Assembly: GCA_001824215.1 (NCBI GenBank)
Contig: MHWS01000022.1
Span: 1 to 46,730 of the forward strand
Source of the DNA: Candidatus Zambryskibacteria bacterium RIFCSPLOWO2_12_FULL_39_16
Lineage (GTDB): Bacteria > Patescibacteriota > Minisyncoccia > Phycocordibacterales > WO2-35-19
DNA length: 46,730 bases
Reading direction: 5' to 3'
The notes under the pieces are model-generated. The model was not told where the DNA came from. It searched no databases and saw only the letters and a list, made by a program, of their open reading frames with translations. The translations under genes and the position numbers were made by a program. Position 1 is the stretch's first letter; the number at the start of each line of letters is the position of its first letter. Shown here piece after piece: positions 29,990 to 38,962 of the stretch.

Positions 29990-32188
29990 ATGTCCAACAA
30001 TCACCTACGTTATATTATTTTAACTGGTTTATTTGTCATACCGTTTGTTCCATTTGTTGTCGCCTCTTCGCTTTTTTTCCCCTTTATTACCGGCAAAGCT
30101 TTTGTTTTCAGACTCATAGTTGAAATAATTTTTGCTACTTGGTTGGTTCTTGCCATAAGAGATGAATCATACCGCCCAAAATTTTCTTGGATATTAGGGG
30201 CTTTAGTTACATTTCTTGTGGTTATGGGTGTGGCTGATTTTTTTGGTGTAAATTCTTTCAAAGCTTTCTGGAGCAATTACGAAAGAATGGAAGGGTATAT
30301 AACTCTTTTGCACCTCGGAGCTCTTTTCTTTGTGATGGGGTCAATGCTGAAAACTCAAGAGGTATGGAACAAACTTTTGGCTACCAGTCTTGGCGCCTCG
30401 GTCATAATGGCGATTTATTCTTTTCTTCAAATTGCCGGCAAGGTCACCATCAATCAAGGCGGAGTGAGAGTAGATGGCACCTTAGGCAATGCCTCTTATC
30501 TTGGCATTTATATGGTTTTCCATATCTTTTTCGCTTTGCTTCTTTTCGTCAGATTTAATAAAGACAAATGGAAAAAGATTTTACTTGCAGTCGTTGCTTT
30601 AATGAATCTAGTCGTCTTATATTTTACAGCAACCAGAGGAGCTATACTGGGTCTTATCGGAGGAATTTTAGTAACTTTTATATATCTTTTATTTAAATCA
30701 GAAAAAGGAGATAAGATAAGAAAAGTTGCCTTGATTGGGATTGTCGGCCTTATCATCTTTATAGGTTTATTTATTGCACTTAAAAATACTTCTTTTGTTC
30801 AAAGGAGCCCGGTACTTAGCAGGTTTGCTTCTCTTTCCTTTTCCGAGCTTGAAACTCAGGGTAGATATTTCGTCTGGCCGATGGCTTGGAAAGGATTTAT
30901 AGAAAAACCTGTGTTGGGCTGGGGACAAGAAGGATTCAATTTTGTATTCAATAAGTATTATGACCCACGAATGTATAATCAAGAACCTTGGTTTGACCGT
31001 GCTCATAGCACTCCTCTTGATTGGCTTATTGCCGGCGGAGCGTTAGGTTTGCTTGCTTACGCTTCTATCTTTTTAGCTTTGCTTTTTTATATTTTTAGAT
31101 CCAAAGGTGAAAATTTGTCTAAAAATGAAAAAGCCATAATGCTCGGGTTAATCTCCGCTTACGTTTTTAATAATCTTTTTGTCTTTGACCAGATAAGTAG
31201 CTACATATTATTTTTCACTGTTATTGCCTATATTCATTCCCATTCTCCAGAAACAAATCTATCCTTGTGGGATAAAATTTCCATAAGAATTAGGAAAATA
31301 TTTGAGAATGATGCAATGAAGCCCGTCATAGAAGCATCAACACTTATTTTGACGGCAGCTGTTATATATTTTGTTATTTATTTGCCGTGGCAACAAAACA
31401 AAAACCTTCTTGCTGTCTTAAAATTAGATAGTGCAGGGACTTTGGAGGCTATAGAAGTTTATACTAAACCACTTGCTGGTTATGGTATGGGCTTTTCAGA
31501 GAGTTTAGAGCACATATCGCAAACGGCTATGGGTATTGCTGCAAATTCAAATGCAAGCACCGAATTAAAACAGCAAGTCTTTAATCTTATAGATAAATCT
31601 TTCGTAAAACAATTGCAAGTTGACCCAGACGATGCTCGCTACAAACTTTTCTATGGAATTTTTCTTTCAAGATTTGGCTGGTATGGTAGAGCTGTGGAGC
31701 AACTTACCGATGCCCAGAAACTTTCTCCTAAGAAACAACAGATATATTTTGAACTTGTTAACAATCTTTTATTCGATGGTAAGACCGATGCAGCTCTGCA
31801 GGATGCCAAGATAGCCTACGAACTTGATCTGTCATATAATCAAACCAAACTTCTGTACGGTCTGGTCCTCCTTGCTTCTGGTGAGAAAACTCTCTCAGAC
31901 CAAATTTTAGAAGGAGTATTAGAATCCGATATCATCTTCAATGATGGATACTTGAATATACTCTTGGCTCTTAAAAAATATGACCAGATAATTGCAGTGG
32001 CAAAAAGACGGATTGAACTTGACCCGGAGAATTTCCAACACAGTATTACTCTCACCGCGGCCTATCTTCAGGTGGGAAATAGGGCAGATGCCATACAGAC
32101 ATTGGAAAATATGATAAAATTGGAGCCTTCATTTAAAGATCAAGGAGAGTACTACATAAATCAAATAAAAGCGGGCAAAAATCCATAA
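29990..32188 (+). CDS. Wzy_C / O-antigen-ligase-family polytopic membrane protein with a C-terminal TPR domain
   Basis: Start re-called at ATG 29990 (MSNNHLRY), which avoids overlap with gmd. Multiple TM helices, YFTATRGAILGL (Wzy_C-type loop) and C-terminal TPR-like repeats (ELDPENFQHSITLTAAYLQVGNRADAIQTLENMIKLEP). Confidence 0.8.
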   Translation: MSNNHLRYIILTGLFVIPFVPFVVASSLFFPFITGKAFVFRLIVEIIFATWLVLAIRDESYRPKFSWILGALVTFLVVMGVADFFGVNSFKAFWSNYERMEGYITLLHLGALFFVMGSMLKTQEVWNKLLATSLGASVIMAIYSFLQIAGKVTINQGGVRVDGTLGNASYLGIYMVFHIFFALLLFVRFNKDKWKKILLAVVALMNLVVLYFTATRGAILGLIGGILVTFIYLLFKSEKGDKIRKVALIGIVGLIIFIGLFIALKNTSFVQRSPVLSRFASLSFSELETQGRYFVWPMAWKGFIEKPVLGWGQEGFNFVFNKYYDPRMYNQEPWFDRAHSTPLDWLIAGGALGLLAYASIFLALLFYIFRSKGENLSKNEKAIMLGLISAYVFNNLFVFDQISSYILFFTVIAYIHSHSPETNLSLWDKISIRIRKIFENDAMKPVIEASTLILTAAVIYFVIYLPWQQNKNLLAVLKLDSAGTLEAIEVYTKPLAGYGMGFSESLEHISQTAMGIAANSNASTELKQQVFNLIDKSFVKQLQVDPDDARYKLFYGIFLSRFGWYGRAVEQLTDAQKLSPKKQQIYFELVNNLLFDGKTDAALQDAKIAYELDLSYNQTKLLYGLVLLASGEKTLSDQILEGVLESDIIFNDGYLNILLALKKYDQIIAVAKRRIELDPENFQHSITLTAAYLQVGNRADAIQTLENMIKLEPSFKDQGEYYINQIKAGKNP

Positions 32189-32220
32189 CTTTATTTATAC
32201 ACAGTTTGCCAGTTTAAAAT

Positions 32221-32249
32221 TTGCAATTAGTCTTGGTTTGTGATATACT
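32221..32249 (+). promoter_or_regulatory. near-consensus promoter TTGCAA-17 nt-(TGa)TATACT with no ORF downstream
   Basis: Hexamers, 17-nt spacer and TG at -15/-14 were read from the sequence. Confidence 0.45.
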
Positions 32250-32255
32250 TGCAAG

Positions 32256-32335
32256 GTGAGTGCGGGAAAGCAATTTTCAGCACAAATATGTCTACGAAAG
32301 TGCCACCGAAGGGTGGTATTTTCGTTTTTATTTTG
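32256..32335 (+). ncRNA. candidate ~75-nt small RNA or 5' leader, bounded by a consensus-like promoter and an intrinsic-terminator-like hairpin
   Basis: TTGCAA-17 nt-TATACT (with TG at -14/-15) at 32221-32249. No start codon at the predicted TSS. Hairpin 32301-32318 is followed by a T-rich tract. Confidence 0.3.
32301..32335 (+). terminator. intrinsic-terminator-like hairpin plus T-tract
   Basis: TGCCACC-GAAG-GGTGGTA (7 bp including one G-T pair), followed by TTTTCGTTTTTATTTT. Confidence 0.4.
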
Positions 32336-32337
32336 TT

Positions 32338-32346
32338 TGATATAAT
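32338..32346 (+). promoter_or_regulatory. extended -10 box TGATATAAT immediately upstream of the GC-rich hairpin
   Basis: Read from the sequence. The -35 region (ATTTTC) is poor. Confidence 0.35.
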
Positions 32347-32350
32347 GGGT

Positions 32351-32433
32351 GTGTGTTGTGGCGCGGGCGGCGGTTCGCACTCACATAGACATTTGTTTTG
32401 GAGATAGCTCCCGCCGTCCACGCCACAACATAC
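32351..32433. ncRNA. long GC-rich imperfect hairpin (23-bp stem, 36-nt loop) of unknown family
   Basis: 32351-32373 pairs with 32410-32433 (9 bp, a C/A mismatch, then 9 bp including one G-T, plus a 4-bp extension). The local GC content is far above the surroundings. There is no T-tract on either strand. Confidence 0.4.
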
Positions 32434-32470
32434 TCTTATAAATATAAAGGAAAAATCCCTTAAGTAGTTA

Positions 32471-32479
32471 TGGTATTAT
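32471..32479 (+). promoter_or_regulatory. extended -10 box TGGTATTAT, 10 nt upstream of the secA ATG at 32490
   Basis: Read from the sequence. Confidence 0.35.
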
Positions 32480-32489
32480 AGGGTCTATT

Positions 32490-34964
32490 ATGTCGTTTTT
32501 GAACAAAATATTCGGAGACCAAAGCAGACGTTATATAAAGGAAATATCACCTTTAGTTCCAAAAATAAATGGTTTTGAAGAAATTATTTCTAAATTATCC
32601 AATGAAGAGCTGAAAGGGAAAGCAGTTGAATTCAAAGAAAGACTCTCAAGAGGGGGAACATTGGAAGATATTTTGCCGGAAGCTTTTGCTTGCGTACGCG
32701 AAGCATCTAAAAGAACATCGGGGGAAAGACATTTTGATGTTCAACTTTTGGGAGGCATAATTATGCACAGAGGAGGTATCGCTGAAATGCGTACGGGAGA
32801 AGGTAAAACTTTGGTGGCAACACTCCCAGCTTATCTCAATGCTTTGGAGGGCAAAGGGGTACATGTGGTTACAGTCAATGATTATCTCTCTCGCCGCGAT
32901 ACTGCTTGGATGGGGCAGATTTATGATGCTCTTGGATTAAAAGTGGGCGTCATTGCTCATGAGTCTTCTTTTATTTATGACTCGGAGCATACCGACAAAG
33001 ACAAAGAAAGAGACGAGAAGGGTTCTTTCCATATCGTTCATGAATTTTTAAAACCTTGCAGTCGAGTACAGGCATATGAAGCCGATATTACTTATGGCAC
33101 CAATAGCGAATTTGGCTTTGATTACCTACGTGACAACCTTGAATATAAATACGAAAGTGTCAGGCAAAAAAGACACCATTTTGCCATTGTAGACGAAATA
33201 GATTCTATATTAATAGACGAAGCCAGGACTCCGCTTATTATTTCCGCACCTACTACAGATTCTGATTCTTACTATAAGAAGTTTTCCGCGGTAGCTGACA
33301 AATTAACAGAAAACGATCATTATACCGTTGATGAAAAAATGCATGCTGTGCTTTTGACTGATGAAGGTATTAGCAAAGCGGAAGAAATATTGGGTCTGCA
33401 AAATATTTATGCGGAAGGGGGTATAAAACTTGTCCATCACCTGGAAACCGCGGTCAAAGCCAAAACTTTATATCACAAAGATAAAGATTATGTAGTTAAG
33501 GAAGACGAAATAGTCATCGTTGATTCTTATACTGGCAGACTCCAGCCCGGTAGGCGTTGGTCTGAAGGTTTGCACCAAGCTATTGAAGCCAAAGAAAATG
33601 TAAGCATTCAAAAAGAAAGCCGCACTTTTGCTTCAATTACATACCAAAATTATTTTAGAATGTATGAAAAACTCTCCGGTATGACCGGTACGGCCATTAC
33701 TTCTTCCGAGGAATTCTACAAGGTTTATGGACTTAACACTGTCGCCATCCCTACTAATAAACCTTCCGGAAGGACCGATAAAAATGATTTAATTTTCCAG
33801 ACGGAAAACGGCAAACTTTTAGCTATCGCTCGAAAAATAAAAGAGCTTCAAAAAAACGGTCAGCCAGTGCTTATTGGTACTATTTCAATTGAAAAAAATG
33901 AATTACTGGGGGAATACTTAAAGAGAGAAGGGGTAAGTTTTGAAATGCTAAATGCTAAAAATCATGAGAGAGAAGGGGAGATTATCGCTCAGGCCGGTAG
34001 AATGGGCGTAGTGACAGTAGCGACCAACATGGCAGGCCGTGGAGTGGACATAAAACTGGGGGGAGCAACTTTCCAAAAAGAAGCTTATGATAAAGTTAAA
34101 AGTTTAGGAGGTCTTTTTGTTTTGGGAACAGAAAGGCATGATGCTAGGCGCATAGACGATCAACTTCGCGGGAGATCAGGCCGCCAAGGCGATCCGGGGG
34201 AAACACAATTTTTTGTTTCAATGGAGGATCATATTATGAGAGTTTTTGCTTCAGATATGGTAAAAAATATGATGGGTCGGATGGGTATCCCAGAGGATGA
34301 ACCGATCGAAAATAGGCTTATTACCAAATCTTTGGAAAGCGCTCAGGAAAAGATAGAAGGTCTTAACTTTGATGCTCGTAAACATATCTTGGAGTATGAT
34401 GATGTTTTGAATTTCCAGAGGAAGACTTTTTATGAAAGAAGAAGGAATATTTTAGAGGGTGATCAAAAAATCATTTTAGATTATCTTGAAAAAATATCTG
34501 AAGATGCTACTTCTGAAATTAAAGAAGCGATTTCTAATAAGAGATTAGCACTTGGAGAGGAAAATTTTATAAAAACTTTAAAAGAACTTAGTCTCCAGAC
34601 TTTTGATATGTTTTGGGTAGAACATTTGGAAGTGATGGATTATCTGCGAGGTAGTGTCAATCTTCGTGCTTACGGCCAGAGAGATCCGCTGGTTGAATAT
34701 AAAAAAGAAGGTCTAAAACTTTTTAAAGAAATGGAAGAATCAATCGAGAATGCTATTTTGGGAAATATTGCTCGTGTAAATGAAGCGGTAGCTGACCTTT
34801 CAGCCCAAAGGGATATAGAAAACCAAGCTCTTAAGATAACCGGTGTTACAAACTCCCAAAACATTGGAAGCACTCCAAACCAAAATAAAGACATCGGTCG
34901 CAACGACCCTTGTTGGTGTGGTTCAGGTAAAAAGTTTAAGAAGTGCCATGGCAAAAATGTTTAA
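32490..34964 (+). CDS. secA: preprotein translocase ATPase SecA
   Basis: MRTGEGKTLVATLPAYLNAL, DEIDSILIDEARTPLIIS, TGTA, TNMAGRGVDIKLGG and RGRSGRQGDPG motifs. C-terminal zinc motif CWCGSGKKFKKCHG. Confidence 0.97.
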   Translation: MSFLNKIFGDQSRRYIKEISPLVPKINGFEEIISKLSNEELKGKAVEFKERLSRGGTLEDILPEAFACVREASKRTSGERHFDVQLLGGIIMHRGGIAEMRTGEGKTLVATLPAYLNALEGKGVHVVTVNDYLSRRDTAWMGQIYDALGLKVGVIAHESSFIYDSEHTDKDKERDEKGSFHIVHEFLKPCSRVQAYEADITYGTNSEFGFDYLRDNLEYKYESVRQKRHHFAIVDEIDSILIDEARTPLIISAPTTDSDSYYKKFSAVADKLTENDHYTVDEKMHAVLLTDEGISKAEEILGLQNIYAEGGIKLVHHLETAVKAKTLYHKDKDYVVKEDEIVIVDSYTGRLQPGRRWSEGLHQAIEAKENVSIQKESRTFASITYQNYFRMYEKLSGMTGTAITSSEEFYKVYGLNTVAIPTNKPSGRTDKNDLIFQTENGKLLAIARKIKELQKNGQPVLIGTISIEKNELLGEYLKREGVSFEMLNAKNHEREGEIIAQAGRMGVVTVATNMAGRGVDIKLGGATFQKEAYDKVKSLGGLFVLGTERHDARRIDDQLRGRSGRQGDPGETQFFVSMEDHIMRVFASDMVKNMMGRMGIPEDEPIENRLITKSLESAQEKIEGLNFDARKHILEYDDVLNFQRKTFYERRRNILEGDQKIILDYLEKISEDATSEIKEAISNKRLALGEENFIKTLKELSLQTFDMFWVEHLEVMDYLRGSVNLRAYGQRDPLVEYKKEGLKLFKEMEESIENAILGNIARVNEAVADLSAQRDIENQALKITGVTNSQNIGSTPNQNKDIGRNDPCWCGSGKKFKKCHGKNV

Positions 34965-34985
34965 TTTCTATTAAACTGAAAGTGT

Positions 34986-35330
34986 ATGGATATAAGGATT
35001 ATCAGAGAAAAGATAACAAAATCAGAATTGGAAGAATTAGCCAAAGAGTTTTATGTTGAAATGATCAAAGGGGTGGCCGATATTGAAAGGGGTACCATTG
35101 CTTTGGGTGGAGAATGGCACATGGACGCAAACCAGGTCTTAATAGAAGACGGGTCAAATCAAGAAAACTTGTGGGGGTTTAACATTTATCTAAATAAATC
35201 AAGAAAAGAAATGCTAGAATATAATTCCCTTATAAACATCAAGCCTAGACAAGGAAATAGAAATATGGAGATTGAAAATGAAGAAATAAAGAAAAAAATT
35301 CTTGAAATAGTAAATAATTTAGTTGAATAA
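34986..35330 (+). CDS. hypothetical protein (114 aa)
   Basis: The ORF follows secA after a 21-nt gap on the same strand. No motif I can name with confidence. Confidence 0.55.
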   Translation: MDIRIIREKITKSELEELAKEFYVEMIKGVADIERGTIALGGEWHMDANQVLIEDGSNQENLWGFNIYLNKSRKEMLEYNSLINIKPRQGNRNMEIENEEIKKKILEIVNNLVE

Positions 35331-35331
35331 T

Positions 35332-35637
35332 ATGCAAAAAAATACCCAAGAAAAACCTATATATTTTTATGTTGCTAATTTGGGAAGTGAAGTTCAGAGA
35401 ATGTTTGTTTGGAAGGAAAAAGGAGACAAAGAAGCAACGCAAAATGCTTATAAAAGAGCAATTTCTATAATTGAAAGAATAAAAAGTTTTGGTAATAAAA
35501 GTGCAAATACTGAAATGGATATTTTACAAAGATCTCTTGTAGAATTGATTTCGGGTGGCAAGGAATCTATTTTAGATCGTAATCAAATATCTTTGTATTT
35601 TAACCCTTTTGCTTTAAGGGTTATGAATAATTTGTAG
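35332..35637 (+). CDS. hypothetical protein (101 aa from ATG 35332)
   Basis: The ORF-track start at 35323 is TTG and overlaps the upstream stop. The ATG at 35332 lies directly after that stop. Confidence 0.5.
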   Translation: MQKNTQEKPIYFYVANLGSEVQRMFVWKEKGDKEATQNAYKRAISIIERIKSFGNKSANTEMDILQRSLVELISGGKESILDRNQISLYFNPFALRVMNNL

Positions 35638-35641
35638 TGTC

Positions 35642-35875
35642 ATGAAAGATAATATGATTAAATTAGGAAGATATAAACATTTTAAGGGAGATGTGATGAA
35701 AGTGATTGGAACAGGATTGCATAGCGAAAACCTAGAAGAATTTGTTGTTTATAAGCATGTTACCGGTAAACGGAAAGGGGAGAAACATTTTTGGGTACGA
35801 CCTATTAAAATGTTCTTAGAAAAAGTTGAAAAAGACGGAAAGAAAATCCCAAGATTTGAATATATCGGTAAATAA
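35642..35875 (+). CDS. DUF1653-like small protein
   Basis: GRYKHFKG..V.G...HSE..EEFVVYK......HFWVRP..MF pattern recalled from DUF1653. Confidence 0.65.
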   Translation: MKDNMIKLGRYKHFKGDVMKVIGTGLHSENLEEFVVYKHVTGKRKGEKHFWVRPIKMFLEKVEKDGKKIPRFEYIGK

Positions 35876-35889
35876 TACGTTAAGCACTG

Positions 35890-35898
35890 TGATATAAT
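35890..35898 (+). promoter_or_regulatory. extended -10 box TGATATAAT, 8 nt upstream of ATG 35907 (DedA)
   Basis: Read from the sequence. Confidence 0.45.
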
Positions 35899-35906
35899 TT
35901 AGGTTT

Positions 35907-36500
35907 ATGGGTATTTTAAATTTAGATATTGTTGCACTTGTTAAAGTTATTGGTTATCTGGGAATTTTTGGCATTATTTTTGCCGAATCTGGAGTCCTTT
36001 TTGGTTTATTTTTACCGGGAGACAGCCTCCTTTTAACCTCGGGTCTTTTGGCTTCCCAGGGTTTATTTAATATATACTGGCTGGTTTTTGTGGTTGCTTC
36101 GGCTGCCATACTTGGAGACAACACTGGCTATTGGTTTGGCTCAAAAATTGGCCATAAAATATTTACCAAAGAAAATTCATTATTTTTTAACAAAAAATAT
36201 TTGGAAAGAACCAAAGAATATTATGAAAAATATGGGCCAATGACCGTGGTTATCGGGCGTTTTATACCGATTGTCAGGACTTTCGCCCCCATTCTAGCTG
36301 GAGTGGGGGAAATGAATTATAGGACATTTTTGTCTTATAACGTAATAGGAGCTTTCCTTTGGGCAGTTGGCCTCTCTCTCTTGGGTTTTTTCTTAGGCTC
36401 AGTTATTCCTGGAATTGAAAAATACATTTTACCGATAATCATCTTTATTATTTTCCTATCAATTCTACCTGTACTTTTCAACTTAAAATCTAAAAAATAA
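35907..36500 (+). CDS. DedA family membrane protein
   Basis: FAESGVLFGLFLPGDSLLL and GRFIPIVRTFAPILAG motifs, with 4-5 TM helices. Confidence 0.85.
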   Translation: MGILNLDIVALVKVIGYLGIFGIIFAESGVLFGLFLPGDSLLLTSGLLASQGLFNIYWLVFVVASAAILGDNTGYWFGSKIGHKIFTKENSLFFNKKYLERTKEYYEKYGPMTVVIGRFIPIVRTFAPILAGVGEMNYRTFLSYNVIGAFLWAVGLSLLGFFLGSVIPGIEKYILPIIIFIIFLSILPVLFNLKSKK

Positions 36501-36604
36501 CCTAGTTTTCCACTCATTTTGACTCGGATGGTTTTTATTGTGTTAAAATGTGATAGCAGACTAGAGGGATAAAATAAAAATTTATCCTATTGTTTCTGCG
36601 TATA

Positions 36605-37654
36605 ATGTCCAAAAAAACAATACAAATTTCATTTTTTGCCGTAATTACGGCTGGTCTTTTTGTACTTTTATTTTTTATACTCAAATCTTATCTTGGTGTA
36701 ATATTTATTTCCGGAATATTTGCGGTCGTTTTTTATCCTGTATACGAAAAATTAGTAAATGAATTTAACGGAAGAAAGAATTTAGCCGCTTTTGCCACGA
36801 CCTTCCTCATCCTTATATTTGTTATTATTCCTGTTATTATAATGTCTGCTTTTCTATTAAGGGAAGCTGTCGGCTTATATAATTCAATAGCTCTTGGTGG
36901 AGGATCTCAAAATTTTATATCTCAAGTTGATGCACTTGTTCAAAAAATAGGTTCCTTGTTTCCATCCGGGGTAATAGACTCCCAAATCAACTTAGAATTG
37001 TATGTTCAAGGGGCTTTAGATTGGATAATAGGGCACTTTGGTTCTATTTTCATCACTGTTTTTGGAGGTATTTTCAATTTTATACTGATGCTTATTTCCA
37101 CTCACTATCTTTTTATTTTTGGAGATAAGATTAAAGAAGGCCTCATCGCTTGGAGCCCTTTACCTGATAAATACGATGAAGAATTTATACAAACTTTAAA
37201 ATCTTCAATCAATGCCGTACTACATGGGCGTATTTTAGTTTCTATTACTCAAGGCGTCTTTCTTGGGATTGGTCTTGCTATCTTTGGGGTTGGTTCTCCT
37301 GTGCTTTGGGGCTTTATGGGCGGTATAGCATCCCTTGTGCCTATATTAGGAGCCTCAATAATAACCATACCGGCCGTTATCTTCCTACTTCTTTCCCATA
37401 ATGTTGGTGCAGGTATAGGGCTTCTTTTGTGGGGAGCCATTGTCGTTGGTCTGATTGATAATGTTATCTCAGTGATTTTCCTGAAAAATAAAATAATGGT
37501 CCATCCACTTATTATACTTTTTTCAATTTTTGGCGGGGTTGAGATGTTTGGTGTAATTGGGTTTTTGATTGGTCCTGTGGTTGTGAGTGCATTCATTGCT
37601 CTCATGAAAATTTATCCTTTTATCATGTCTTATAAAAATGAATCTGTTATCTGA
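36605..37654 (+). CDS. AI-2E family transporter (PerM / UPF0118)
   Basis: Polytopic membrane protein. The C-terminal LVPILGASIITIPAV ... GLIDNVISVIFLKNKIMVHPLIILFSIFGG pattern is typical of AI-2E. ATG 36605 is preferred over TTG 36590. Confidence 0.8.
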   Translation: MSKKTIQISFFAVITAGLFVLLFFILKSYLGVIFISGIFAVVFYPVYEKLVNEFNGRKNLAAFATTFLILIFVIIPVIIMSAFLLREAVGLYNSIALGGGSQNFISQVDALVQKIGSLFPSGVIDSQINLELYVQGALDWIIGHFGSIFITVFGGIFNFILMLISTHYLFIFGDKIKEGLIAWSPLPDKYDEEFIQTLKSSINAVLHGRILVSITQGVFLGIGLAIFGVGSPVLWGFMGGIASLVPILGASIITIPAVIFLLLSHNVGAGIGLLLWGAIVVGLIDNVISVIFLKNKIMVHPLIILFSIFGGVEMFGVIGFLIGPVVVSAFIALMKIYPFIMSYKNESVI

Positions 37655-37672
37655 CAAATAAATTAAAATAAA

Positions 37673-38962
37673 GTGGCTAGTTTTAAATTACCAAGTGTCC
37701 TGATGTTTGGGTGGGAATTTCCGCCATTCAATAGCGGAGGTCTTGGTGTTGCTTGCGAAGGCCTCTCCAAAGCTCTCTCTTCAAGTGGAATTCCATTGAC
37801 TTTTGTTTTGCCTTTTAAAATTCCTATTTCTGTTCCTTGGTGTAAATTTGTGTTTGCCGATGAATCATCCGATTTAATGAATGATATCCAAATAAGAAGC
37901 TTATTTTCCGGCTATCTTAGCCACTCTGATTCTTTTCCATCCCAAAAGTACGGTTTACCAGCTTTTGTGTCCGGAGAAATAATAGAAAGAGTGAGGTCTT
38001 ATGCTTTAAAGGCAGGTGGTATTGCCAAGAAAAATAGACACTCTGTCATTCATGTTCATGACTGGCTTACATATCCGGCTGGTATTGCTGCTAAAGAGGT
38101 TTCCGGTAGGCCTCTTGTCGCTCATATTCACGCCACCGAATTTGATAGAAGCGGCGGTGATAATGTGAATAGTGATATCTACAATATTGAGCTTGAAGGT
38201 TTCCGACAAGCTGATGCTATAGTTGCAGTTTCTGAGCGCACCAAAAAGAAAGTGGTTAGCAAATATGGTATTCCAGCTGAAAAAGTAAAAGTGGTTTATA
38301 ACGGGATTGAATTTAAAAACAATTCGGCAATAATTGAGCGTAATCTGGATTGTCTAAAACAAAATGGAAACAAAATAGTACTCTTTGTTGGTCGTATAAC
38401 TTTACAAAAAGGCCCGGATTATTTTGTATCTATGGCTGAAAAGGTTCTTTCACACGAACCGAACACTTTTTTTGTAGTATCTGGTAGTGGCGACACTGAA
38501 GGACAAATGATAAGGATGGTAGCAAATAAGGGACTATCTTCAAAATTTATTTTCTGCGGATTTTTAAGGGATCAGGAATTGGACAGGGTTTATAAGGCTG
38601 CTGATATCTTTGTGATGCCGTCAGTCTCCGAACCTTTCGGTCTAGTGCCTCTTGAAGCTATGATTTCGGGAGTGCCAGTGCTTGTTTCTAAAGAATCTGG
38701 AGTAAGTGAAATATTGTCTTCTGCTCTAAAGTCTCATTTTTGGGACACAGACGATATGGCGGACAAAGTGATAAGCGTTTTACGCCATAGTAAACTGCAA
38801 AATAATCTTTCTGCTCACGGCAACCAAGAAGTAAAAGCAATCCACTGGAAAAAGGCGGCGGATTCTTTGATTTCATTATATAATTCCTTAGACAATGCCT
38901 TCAGTATGTTTTTACTTCCAGGTTCATCAGCCACTGCGAGTGCGCAAGTACCGTATCTTTGA
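37673..38962 (+). CDS. glycogen/alpha-glucan synthase-like glycosyltransferase (GT4/GT5)
   Basis: EFPPFNSGGLGVACEGLSKAL, HVHDW, HIHATEFDRSGG and PSVSEPFGLVPLEAMISGVPVLVSKESG motifs. GTG start (an ATG 30 nt downstream is possible). The 3' end overlaps the next gene by 68 nt. Confidence 0.75.
   Translation: MASFKLPSVLMFGWEFPPFNSGGLGVACEGLSKALSSSGIPLTFVLPFKIPISVPWCKFVFADESSDLMNDIQIRSLFSGYLSHSDSFPSQKYGLPAFVSGEIIERVRSYALKAGGIAKKNRHSVIHVHDWLTYPAGIAAKEVSGRPLVAHIHATEFDRSGGDNVNSDIYNIELEGFRQADAIVAVSERTKKKVVSKYGIPAEKVKVVYNGIEFKNNSAIIERNLDCLKQNGNKIVLFVGRITLQKGPDYFVSMAEKVLSHEPNTFFVVSGSGDTEGQMIRMVANKGLSSKFIFCGFLRDQELDRVYKAADIFVMPSVSEPFGLVPLEAMISGVPVLVSKESGVSEILSSALKSHFWDTDDMADKVISVLRHSKLQNNLSAHGNQEVKAIHWKKAADSLISLYNSLDNAFSMFLLPGSSATASAQVPYL

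Noticed and set aside
32195-32421. Two minus-strand ORFs (61 and 64 aa) in the gap upstream of secA
   Set aside because: They lie across promoter-, terminator- and hairpin-like signals and overlap each other. Their odd composition is driven by the GC-rich stem. A non-coding structured element is the more economical reading.
32351-32433. Identity of the GC-rich hairpin as tRNA, SRP RNA, 6S RNA, tmRNA or RNase P RNA
   Set aside because: GGTTCG resembles a T-loop start, but no cloverleaf can be drawn. There is no SRP domain IV (GNRA loop with the AGCA/GGAA asymmetric loop), no RNase P P4 sequence (AGGAAAGUCC), no tmRNA ends, and the 5' and 3' ends do not form a 6S closing stem. It is left as an unknown family.
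36567-36587. Inverted repeat GGATAAA-7 nt-TTTATCC upstream of the AI-2E transporter gene, considered as a regulatory hairpin or DnaA-related site
   Set aside because: It is a 7-bp A/T-rich stem in an AT-rich spacer. It is plausible as a 5' UTR hairpin but not distinguishable from chance without comparative data.
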